A stretch of DNA of 64,000 nucleotides from Planctomycetota bacterium (lineage in GTDB: Bacteria > Planctomycetota > B15-G4), in contig JBBQUR010000014.1 in the NCBI GenBank assembly GCA_038212275.1, forward strand, positions 73,533-137,532, in the 5' to 3' direction. The notes beneath the pieces are model-generated. The model was not told the origin of the DNA, did not search any database, and saw nothing but the letters and a program-made list of their open reading frames with translations. A program made the translations under genes and the position numbers. Position 1 is the stretch's first letter, and each line of letters starts with the position of its first letter. Positions 1 through 8,025 of this stretch are shown piece after piece.

Positions 1-1544
1 ACCGAGTTCGGAACGACCTCCTTGTCGAAATCGATCCGGAAGTTGGCGCGTGTGGAGATCAGGTTCGGGCTGGTCGGGTCGTTGTCCCCGTTCGGCGTCT
101 TGTTGTAGTTGGCCGGATCGATCGCATCCTTGCCCGGGTCGAGGATGTCGATCGAGGGGAGCGACGTGGTGGTCCCGATCGGAATCGCCGCACCGCGATT
201 GAAGGTCATGTCTGCGGCGCGCGGATCTGCGCCGACCTTGCTCTGGTTGAGCGGGAAGGTGTGGAAGTACGGGTTGCTGACCGTCTCGCTCTTGCTGCGG
301 AGACGCGTGAGGTTGAAGGACACGAAGCCCATCGGCGCCGCGAGCGTGTTGCCCGTGGCGGCGAAGTCGTTCACGGAACCCGGCACCGTGACGTTCGCGC
401 CGAAAACGCGACCGCCGCCGGGCGACAGCGTCGGACTCGGCAGGATGAGCACGCCCGAACTGTCGATCACGCCGTTGACGAGCACGGAGCCCGTCGTGGT
501 GATCGAAGCCGGGTCCTCGTTCGCGATGTAGGTGAACACGTTCGGCTTGTTGATCAGCGACCGCGCACCGACAGGCACGTTGCTTCCCAGCGGATCGATG
601 GTCGCCAGCGCCGTGCCGGTGAGAGAGATGTACGGCACCGCCGTCACGCCACCGATGACGGCAACACCGCTCACGTGCCGGTGCACGAAGGTCTCGTCGA
701 TGGTGTTGTTCATGTCCCCGCCGGGATGCTGAATCCAGCGCGCCTCGATGAACACGTTGGCGGGCAGACTCGTGTCGCTGTCACCGAGGAACGACGTGCT
801 CGCGTTGAAGGCGTTGAAGAGACTCTCGCGATCAAGATCGTACGGGAACACGATCTGGATGAACTGGTGTTCGTCGGACGAGGAGGGACCGACACCGCTG
901 CCCATGCCGTTGAGCGCGCCCATCGTGTAGGGCAGCGTCGGCAGCTTGGGGACCTGGTTGCCCGGGATGTTCGAGAAGAGGCCCGGGCCGCCATCGCCGA
1001 TGCCGTCGTTGTCGAGGTCACCGGCCGTGTAGCCGTTGAACACGAATCCCATGGGAGGCGCGACGACCAGCGACACGTTGGGCTGGCCCGAGGTGGTCTG
1101 GAAGAGGTCGTAGATGTTGTTGGACGCGAAGATGAGCTCGCCGTTCTTGCCCGGGTCGACTCCGGTGGTGTAACCGTCGAAGCCCGAGGCCTGCAGCGAA
1201 CCGCTCGACGGCAGGTTGCCCCAGTCGTTGGTGATGTCCGTACCGCCCGGCTTGCTGATGGCAGCGAGGAAGTTGCGCTCGGCCACATCGATCGGCGCGA
1301 CGCTGTCCGGGTTGCCGCCGTTCACCACGTCGACGCGGGCCCAGTCCCCGTTGGTCGCGACCGTCGCATACGTGACGACCTCGAGATTGGCCTTCGAGGA
1401 GCCGTTGGCGGGCGGTGGCGGCGGCGGCTTCGGACCGCCGCCTCCTGAGCTCCCTCCCCCACCGCCTCCGCCGCAACTGGTCATGGAGGCCACCGAGATG
1501 GCCAGGGCGAAGCCGATGAGCGCGCGCGGAATGCTTCGGGTCAT
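1..1544 (-). CDS. Large secreted lipoprotein, 3' part beyond the window (absent from the ORF track)
   Basis: Translated by hand: ATG at 1544 after an AAGGA RBS; MTRSIPRALIGFALAISVASMTSC (lipobox), then a GGGGGGGSSGGGGPKPPPPPP linker and a DLDNDGIGD Ca-binding-like motif; frame stays open to the window edge. Confidence 0.85.
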   Translation of the reverse strand, partial: MTRSIPRALIGFALAISVASMTSCGGGGGGGSSGGGGPKPPPPPPANGSSKANLEVVTYATVATNGDWARVDVVNGGNPDSVAPIDVAERNFLAAISKPGGTDITNDWGNLPSSGSLQASGFDGYTTGVDPGKNGELIFASNNIYDLFQTTSGQPNVSLVVAPPMGFVFNGYTAGDLDNDGIGDGGPGLFSNIPGNQVPKLPTLPYTMGALNGMGSGVGPSSSDEHQFIQIVFPYDLDRESLFNAFNASTSFLGDSDTSLPANVFIEARWIQHPGGDMNNTIDETFVHRHVSGVAVIGGVTAVPYISLTGTALATIDPLGSNVPVGARSLINKPNVFTYIANEDPASITTTGSVLVNGVIDSSGVLILPSPTLSPGGGRVFGANVTVPGSVNDFAATGNTLAAPMGFVSFNLTRLRSKSETVSNPYFHTFPLNQSKVGADPRAADMTFNRGAAIPIGTTTSLPSIDILDPGKDAIDPANYNKTPNGDNDPTSPNLISTRANFRIDFDKEVVPNS

Positions 1545-1743
1545 GATTCAGGTCCTTGACGGGTGACGTGGGATCAAGGCTTCGGGACTCTGTCCCACGA
1601 GGGCCGGGGTTGCCCAAGGTGCGCGTGCGGAATGAGGCCTTCCCGCAGCACGGACACTTTAGTCGATTCTCGTGGTCGCCGTCAGACGAGTCAAGCCGCG
1701 ATTGACCCTTGGCGCCGTGATGTAGTCGGCCATCTGCCACCGG

Positions 1744-1749
1744 TATCAT
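1744..1749 (+). promoter_or_regulatory. Putative -10 box (TATCAT), leaderless-type, for ruvB
   Basis: TANNNT hexamer 7 nt before ATG 1757; no SD sequence. Confidence 0.45.
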
Positions 1750-1756
1750 GCGCCCC

Positions 1757-2773
1757 ATGAGCGAGTCTTCCGGCATCTTTCGCACGCTGAGCACGACGGC
1801 GGAGGATGCCGACGGCCCCTTGCGGCCCCGGAGTTTCGAGGAATTCGTGGGACAGGCGCGCGTGGTCGCCAACCTGCGGACCTGGATCGACGCGGCTCGA
1901 CAGAGGGGCAAGAGCCTGGACCACGTCCTGCTCTCGGGGCCGCCCGGCCTCGGCAAGACGACGCTGGCCAACCTCGTGGCCAGCACGCTCGGCTGCCCGC
2001 TCAAGCAGACGTCGGGCCCCGCGCTGGAGCGTCCGGGTGATCTCGTCGGACTGCTCACCGGCCTGGCCGCCGGTGACGTGCTCTTCGTGGACGAGATCCA
2101 CCGCATGCCGCGCAGCGTCGAGGAATACCTTTACGCCGCGATGGAGGACCTCGCGGTGGACGTGGTCATCGACCAGGGCCCCGCGGCGCGCTCCGTCCGC
2201 CTGACCGTCGCGCCGTTCACGCTCATCGGTGCGACGACTCGCGAAGGGCTGCTGACGCACGCCTTCCGCTCGCGCTTCGGAGTCGTCGAGAAACTCGTGC
2301 CGTATCCGGCGCAGGACATCGAGGCCATTCTCAAGCGCTCCGCAGCGCGCCTCGGTTGCCGCCTCGACGACGACGCCGCCGGACTCGTGAGCGAACGCAG
2401 CCGCGGTGTGCCACGTGTCGCCAATCGACTCCTGCGCCGTCTTCGCGACGTCGCCGACCTCGAGAACGAGGGGCACGTCACGCGCGCCGTGGTCGAGCGC
2501 GGTCTCGGCATGCTCGGCATCGACGCCCTGGGTCTGGAGGACATGGATCGCCGCCTGCTGACCGCACTGCTGACGCTCGGCGGCGGCCCCGCCGGCCTCA
2601 AGACGCTGGCCGTCGCGGTCGGAGAGGAAGAGGACACGCTCGAGCAGGTCTACGAGCCGCATCTCATCCGCCTCGGCTTCCTCAAGCGCACGCCCCGAGG
2701 CCGCCAGCTCACGGACGCCGCGCGCCTCCACCTCGGCGCCGCAGGCGCGGCATCCGGACTCTTCCCCGCGTGA
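1757..2773 (+). CDS. ruvB: Holliday junction branch migration helicase RuvB
   Basis: LRP..F.EFVGQ, GPPGLGKTTLA, LFVDEIHR, GATTR.G.L, SRFG, EP.L...GF..RTPRGR. Confidence 0.97.
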   Translation: MSESSGIFRTLSTTAEDADGPLRPRSFEEFVGQARVVANLRTWIDAARQRGKSLDHVLLSGPPGLGKTTLANLVASTLGCPLKQTSGPALERPGDLVGLLTGLAAGDVLFVDEIHRMPRSVEEYLYAAMEDLAVDVVIDQGPAARSVRLTVAPFTLIGATTREGLLTHAFRSRFGVVEKLVPYPAQDIEAILKRSAARLGCRLDDDAAGLVSERSRGVPRVANRLLRRLRDVADLENEGHVTRAVVERGLGMLGIDALGLEDMDRRLLTALLTLGGGPAGLKTLAVAVGEEEDTLEQVYEPHLIRLGFLKRTPRGRQLTDAARLHLGAAGAASGLFPA

Positions 2774-3984
2774 GCATCACGGGCTCCGTGCACGGGCCCT
2801 GCGCGATGGCGCTTGCGCTGCTGCTTGCGGCATCGCTGCCCGCATGCGTCGACACATCGGCGGCGCGGGCGGCCTCGACGACGGCCTCGACTTCTGCCGT
2901 CAACGACTCCATCGACGTCGAGTTCGGCCGCGGGACTCCGCTGCCCGCGATCGCGTGCGCCGGTCGCTGGCGCGCGCTCGACGGCAAGGGCGCCGAGATC
3001 GCCCGCGGCGACAGCCTGCCTGACGGCACCGTGCCCGTGGTCAGCCGCACGTCGGTGCGACTCGGCGACGTGGACTGCGGCCCGCCGCCCGTGGACATCG
3101 TGCCGGCGCGCACCGTGCGCGTGCAGATCAATGGCAAGACGTACCGCGGCGCGCTGCGCCTCGATCTGGTCGGCGGCCAGCCGCGCCTGCTCAATCGCGT
3201 CGCGCTCGAAGACTACCTGCTTGGCGTGCTGCCCGGCGAGATGCCCGAGCGCTTCGGACTCGAGGCGCTCAAGGCCCAGGCCGTCGCGGCGCGCAGCTAC
3301 GCGCTGGCCGAATACGCGCAGCTCGGGCGAGTCTATGCCGACACGCGCAGCCAGGTCTACGCGGGTCGCGATGCCGAATCGGCGCTGACCTCGCGGGCCG
3401 TGCGCGAAACGCGCGGCGAGGTCCTTCTCGCGCCGAACAAGCGCGTGGTCAAGGCCTTCTACTGCTCCACGTGCGGCGGTCTCACGGCCGTCGGCCGCAC
3501 GGTCTTCGATGACGTGCCGGCCGGCGTCATGACCGCGCCGGTCACGTGTCCGGACTGCCGCACGTCCCCCAACTACTCCTGGCAGCGACGGATCTCCGCC
3601 GAACGCATCTGCCTCGCTGCGGAACTGCCGGTCGCACCCCTGGAGAGTGTCCGCCTCTCGCCCGGAACGCTGAAGGACAGGACGCAGACGGTGACCGTGC
3701 GCGCGGGGGGCCGCGAGGCCACGCTCAGTGCGACGACCTTCCGCGAGCGGCTCTCCGCGGGCCGTCCCAAGACCGAGCAACTGCTGTCGACGCTCTTCAT
3801 CGAACAGCCGCGCATCGAGGGCGACGAGCTCGTCGTCGCGGGTCGCGGCTGGGGCCACGGCGTCGGCCTGTGCCAGTACGGCGCCGCGGGCTTCGCGGCG
3901 CGCGGTGCGACCTACGCGGCCATCCTCGGCCGGTACTATCCGGGCGCGGAACTCTCCAGGCGGAGTGCGGCGGACAGCCCGTGA
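2770..3984 (+). CDS. SpoIID/LytB-domain lytic transglycosylase-like protein (possible lipoprotein)
   Basis: LEDYL.GVLPGEM, EALKAQAVAARSYA, SQVY.G, G.GWGHGVGLCQYGA, ILGRYYPG; GTG overlaps the ruvB stop (alternative start 2806). Confidence 0.92.
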   Translation: MSITGSVHGPCAMALALLLAASLPACVDTSAARAASTTASTSAVNDSIDVEFGRGTPLPAIACAGRWRALDGKGAEIARGDSLPDGTVPVVSRTSVRLGDVDCGPPPVDIVPARTVRVQINGKTYRGALRLDLVGGQPRLLNRVALEDYLLGVLPGEMPERFGLEALKAQAVAARSYALAEYAQLGRVYADTRSQVYAGRDAESALTSRAVRETRGEVLLAPNKRVVKAFYCSTCGGLTAVGRTVFDDVPAGVMTAPVTCPDCRTSPNYSWQRRISAERICLAAELPVAPLESVRLSPGTLKDRTQTVTVRAGGREATLSATTFRERLSAGRPKTEQLLSTLFIEQPRIEGDELVVAGRGWGHGVGLCQYGAAGFAARGATYAAILGRYYPGAELSRRSAADSP

Positions 3985-5144
3985 CGGAACGCTCGCGCGC
4001 CGCGCAGTTCACGCTTCACGGGACGTGCGGCTCCGCGCGCGCCGGCGTGCTCACGGTGCGGGGTCGCACGCTCGACACGCCCGCCTTCCTGCCGGTGGGC
4101 ACCTACGGCGCGGTCAAGGGCGTGCCGCCGTCGATGCTCGCGGAGCAGGGCGCCGGCATGCTGCTCGCCAACGCCTGCCACCTGCACGACCGCCCCGGCG
4201 CGGACGTGGTGGCAGGACTCGGCGGCCTGCACCGCTTCATGAACTGGAACGGACTGCTGCTCACCGACAGCGGCGGCTTCCAGGTCTTCTCGCTGCTCGA
4301 CATCTCCCGCCTCGACGAGGACGGCGTCACCTTCCGCTCGCCCGTGGACGGCCGGCCGCTTCGCCTCGGTCCGCAGGAGGCCGTCGACGTGCAGCTGCTG
4401 CTCGACAGCGACATCGCCATGGTCTTCGACGACTGCCCGCCGCTTCCGTGCGAGCATTCCCGGCTGGTGCAGTCCGTCGAGCGCACCACGCGCTGGGCCA
4501 CCATCGCACAGGCGGCTCACCGGGAACGCAGCGCAGCCGGCCAGGCGCTGTTTGCCATCGTGCAGGGCGGGCTCGACGACGCATTGCGCGCCACCTCGGC
4601 ACGCGAACTCGTCGCGCTCGACTTCGACGGCTACGCACTCGGCGGCCTTTCCGTCGGCGAGGAGAACAGCGACCTGCGCGCCGCGATGACACGCTACGCC
4701 CCGCTGCTGCCGGAGGATCGCGTGCGCTATCTGATGGGCGTCGGCACGCCCGGCGACGTGCTTGCCGCGATCGCCTCGGGCATCGACATGTTCGATTGCG
4801 TGCTGCCCACGCGGAACGCCCGCCACGGCACGCTGTTCACCCGCTCGCGCGAGGGCAGCGGCTCGATCAACCTGCGCAATCAGCGCTGGCGCAACGAACG
4901 CCGGCCGCTTGATCCGGACTGCGACTGCCCGGCGTGCCGCGACTGGTCCGCCGGCACGCTGCGGCACCTGCTGACGAATGGTGATCCGCTCGGCAGTCTG
5001 CTCTGTTCGCTGCACAATCTGCGCTTCATGCACAGGCTCGTCGCTGCGGCGCGGGCCGCGATTCTCGCCGGCACGCTGCCGGAACTGCTCGCCGAGTGGG
5101 CTCCGCCGGACGCAGCGGAGAGTCCGTCAGCGCGGCCGGTATGA
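3981..5144 (+). CDS. tgt: tRNA-guanine(34) transglycosylase
   Basis: TPAFLPVGT, TDSGGFQVFSL, GGLSVGE, YLMGVG, DMFDCVLPTR, zinc site CDCPAC...H; GTGA coupling. Confidence 0.96.
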   Translation: MTERSRAAQFTLHGTCGSARAGVLTVRGRTLDTPAFLPVGTYGAVKGVPPSMLAEQGAGMLLANACHLHDRPGADVVAGLGGLHRFMNWNGLLLTDSGGFQVFSLLDISRLDEDGVTFRSPVDGRPLRLGPQEAVDVQLLLDSDIAMVFDDCPPLPCEHSRLVQSVERTTRWATIAQAAHRERSAAGQALFAIVQGGLDDALRATSARELVALDFDGYALGGLSVGEENSDLRAAMTRYAPLLPEDRVRYLMGVGTPGDVLAAIASGIDMFDCVLPTRNARHGTLFTRSREGSGSINLRNQRWRNERRPLDPDCDCPACRDWSAGTLRHLLTNGDPLGSLLCSLHNLRFMHRLVAAARAAILAGTLPELLAEWAPPDAAESPSARPV

Positions 5145-6263
5145 GACGACCTTGTCGATGACCAGCACCGGGCCGTCCACCGTGGTGAGGAAGAGGCGAC
5201 GACCGCCGAGTTCGACCTGCTTGCCGACGAGCGCCTCGAGCGTGGCCACCTCGGCCGGCGCTGTCAGCTTGAGGATCTCGCCGTCCTTGCCGTGGAGCGT
5301 GTAGACCGGCGAGCCCTCGATGCCTTCCTTGTGCACCGAGCCGCTGCGCGTGACGGCATCACCCTTGCCGCGGAAAGTGAAGCCGATGGCCAGCATCCGC
5401 GACTCCTTCTTCAGCGTGGCGACATCGATGCTGCTGGTCGGCGACGGGGCCACCGGCTGCGCGCGAGCGTCCTGGCGCACCTTCTCCGTCGCGGCGCTGC
5501 CCGCAGCAGACAGCTTGTCTGCGGCATCGAGGTCCGAGCGAAGCGTGCCGAGAATGGTGCGCGTGCGCTCCCATTCCGCGGCAGCCCACAGCTCCGCGAG
5601 GCGCGCACGGCGCGAGGCGCGCGCCGCGGCATCCAGCGTCGCGAGGTTCGTGTCGGCAAGCGCCTCGACCTCGTCGAGCAGCGCGGCTTCGCGCTGGAAG
5701 AGCGGATCCGTGGCGCGCCAGCCGGCGACGGCGGCCTGACGCTGCTGCTCGCGCGTCGCGACCTGATCCGCCCACGCGACGGCGGCCGCCGGGTCGGTGA
5801 CCGCGGGCAGCAAATCATCCGGGGCGTAGAGCGGCGTGTTGACGGGCGCGATCACGCGGGCCCAGCCGTCCACGACTCCGAGCGCTACGATCGGCCCGGC
5901 GCCGGCGGCACACTGCGCGATCGGCAGCAGGCCGTCGGCCGTCGGCAACAGGCGCATGTTCACGCGGTCGCCTCGCACCATGAGCGTCGCATCCGACGGC
6001 GACATGTCGAGGAAGTCCGTGTGCAGGTACACGGTGAAGCCCTGCGGCACGAAGACCTCGCGGAAGGCGCCGCGCAACTCGCCGGTGCGGACGACCGTGT
6101 TGCCGTCGAGCGTGACGACACCGGGAAAGTCCGCGCCAGGTCCGGCCCGCAGGACGGCGCCTGCGGTCGGCTTCGCGAAGGCCGCGCCGGGAAGACTGTC
6201 GCCGGCCGCGGGAACGGGGGAAAGTTGAAGCATCAAGGAGACAATCAGGATCATCGCGTTCAT
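5127..6263 (-). CDS. Secreted protein with two SH3b-like repeats, a helical linker and an OB-like C-terminus
   Basis: Signal peptide MNAMILIVSLMLQL; LRAGPG...V and VNMRLLP...W..V SH3b-like patterns; upstream part of the track ORF is a shadow of the HEAT gene. Confidence 0.7.
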   Translation of the reverse strand: MNAMILIVSLMLQLSPVPAAGDSLPGAAFAKPTAGAVLRAGPGADFPGVVTLDGNTVVRTGELRGAFREVFVPQGFTVYLHTDFLDMSPSDATLMVRGDRVNMRLLPTADGLLPIAQCAAGAGPIVALGVVDGWARVIAPVNTPLYAPDDLLPAVTDPAAAVAWADQVATREQQRQAAVAGWRATDPLFQREAALLDEVEALADTNLATLDAAARASRRARLAELWAAAEWERTRTILGTLRSDLDAADKLSAAGSAATEKVRQDARAQPVAPSPTSSIDVATLKKESRMLAIGFTFRGKGDAVTRSGSVHKEGIEGSPVYTLHGKDGEILKLTAPAEVATLEALVGKQVELGGRRLFLTTVDGPVLVIDKVVSYRPR

Positions 6264-6317
6264 GTCTGGAAATCTTAGCGTAGAGGGGACGAAGTCCATG
6301 CCGATAAGGTGGCCAAC
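6264..6317. promoter_or_regulatory. Putative bidirectional leaderless promoter
   Basis: TAAGAT on the minus strand (6272-6277) 8 nt before ATG 6263; TAAGGT on the plus strand (6305-6310) 7 nt before ATG 6318. Confidence 0.45.
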
Positions 6318-8003
6318 ATGCTCGCACTCTTCGCGCTGATTCCGATGTTCTTCTGCGCGCCCCACGGCGGGCAGTACATTCCTCCGGTGTCCGATGCCGA
6401 GAACCCGACGGTTCTGGACGGCGTGGTGGCGCAGCCCGGCCTCGGGCCGGAACTCGCCTTCTCGCCCAGCCGCTGGGAGTGGTGGTTCGACTTCAACCAG
6501 GAGCCGCTCCTGGACCTTCGGCGGCGGATGCCGGCCCGGGCACGACTGTCGGGATCCGGCTCCTATGAGCCACTGACCGCCGACGACCGGACCAGCGTCG
6601 TGCTCCCCGCCCTCGTGGCCGCCCTCCGCAAGCGGCCGCCCCCCGTCGGGGAGATCCGTCGCGAGATCAACAACCGGGACGTGCGCGGCGCCGCAGTCCT
6701 CGCCATGGGCCGCCTGGCCCTCCCCGAGGCGGTGCCCTACATCCAGGTCATCGTGGAGTCCGATCCGGACCTCTTCGTCCGGACCCAGGGCGTGCTGGCG
6801 CTGGGCTACTCGGCCAGCCCGCAGGCCGTCGAGGGCCTCGTCGCGCTCTACCGCGACACCGCCGAGAGCGAGGAGATCCGGACCTACGCGGCGGTGGGCC
6901 TGGCCCTCGTCGGCAACGGACAGGCTGTGGACACGCTGCTGGCGTCGCTCAGCGAGAAGGCTCTCAAGGGCATGACCAACCAGCTCCGGGCGGCCACGAT
7001 CTACGCGGCGGGGATCTCCGGCCAACCCAGCCTCGCGGTGGCGCTGCGCGCGCTGGGCGACTCGTTCCTGTTCGGCCAGGACCCGACCGTCCGGGCGCTC
7101 ACCGCGGTCGCGCTCGGCCGCCTCGACGACCCGTCCTCCGTCCCGTTCCTGCTGCAGCTCCTCGGTGACCCGGACAACCAGGTGCGGCGTTCGGTGGCGG
7201 TCGCCTTGCAGGCCAGTTCCGCCCGTCTCGACGCGGCCTCGGTCGCCACGATGATCGCGCATTACCGCAAGGACTCCGACCAGCTCACGCGCCTCAACCT
7301 GCTGCGCGCGCTGGGCTCGGCCCGGTTGCCCGAGTCGCGCGCCTTCCTGCACGAGACGCTGCAGACCGCCACGTACGAGTACCGTCCGCACATCGCCATG
7401 GCCCTTGCGCTCGACGGAGACGCTTCCAACGTCGCGCCGCTGCTCGTGGCGCTCGAGGCGGAAAAGGATCTGTCGACGCTCTCGGCCTTCGCGGTGTCAC
7501 TCGGCCTGCTGCAGGCCGGCGAAGCGACTCCTCCGCTGCTCAAGCTCTTCGAGACCCAGAACGATCCGACGACGCTCGGCTACCTGTGCCTCGCGCTCGG
7601 ACTCATCGATCCCTCGCAGCCGGAACTCTCGACACGCATCGCCTCGATCGCGTCGACGAGCCATGACATCGAGGAGGTGCGGTCGGCGATCATCGCGCTC
7701 GGACTGCTCGGCGCGCGCAGTCAGCTCGACACGCTCGCGGCCGGCGTACCTGCCGTGAAGAGCTCGGTGGAGCGCGCCACGCAGTTGCACGGCCTGGGCC
7801 TTGTCGGCGACCGCAAGACGCTCAAGTCCCTGCTCGCGATGCTGAGCGACGAGTTGCAGCCCATCTACGTGCGCACCTACACGCTGCAGGCACTCGGCGA
7901 ACTGTCGGACCCCCGCGAGCTCTCGCCGAACTGGAAGCTCTCGAGCAACGTCGAGATGAGCCACGAGGTGGGCTTCCTCTTCGAGCTCTACCGCGTGCTC
8001 TGA
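6318..8003 (+). CDS. Secreted HEAT/PBS-repeat protein
   Basis: Signal peptide followed by HGGQY and WEWWFDFN; many VR..A..ALG.L helical repeats. Confidence 0.88.
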   Translation: MLALFALIPMFFCAPHGGQYIPPVSDAENPTVLDGVVAQPGLGPELAFSPSRWEWWFDFNQEPLLDLRRRMPARARLSGSGSYEPLTADDRTSVVLPALVAALRKRPPPVGEIRREINNRDVRGAAVLAMGRLALPEAVPYIQVIVESDPDLFVRTQGVLALGYSASPQAVEGLVALYRDTAESEEIRTYAAVGLALVGNGQAVDTLLASLSEKALKGMTNQLRAATIYAAGISGQPSLAVALRALGDSFLFGQDPTVRALTAVALGRLDDPSSVPFLLQLLGDPDNQVRRSVAVALQASSARLDAASVATMIAHYRKDSDQLTRLNLLRALGSARLPESRAFLHETLQTATYEYRPHIAMALALDGDASNVAPLLVALEAEKDLSTLSAFAVSLGLLQAGEATPPLLKLFETQNDPTTLGYLCLALGLIDPSQPELSTRIASIASTSHDIEEVRSAIIALGLLGARSQLDTLAAGVPAVKSSVERATQLHGLGLVGDRKTLKSLLAMLSDELQPIYVRTYTLQALGELSDPRELSPNWKLSSNVEMSHEVGFLFELYRVL

Positions 8004-8025
8004 CGGAGAGGCGCGAGCAGCGGGC

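Noticed and set aside
109-1566. Plus-strand ORFs at the left edge
   Set aside because: Antisense to the minus-strand lipoprotein gene, which has an RBS and a lipobox
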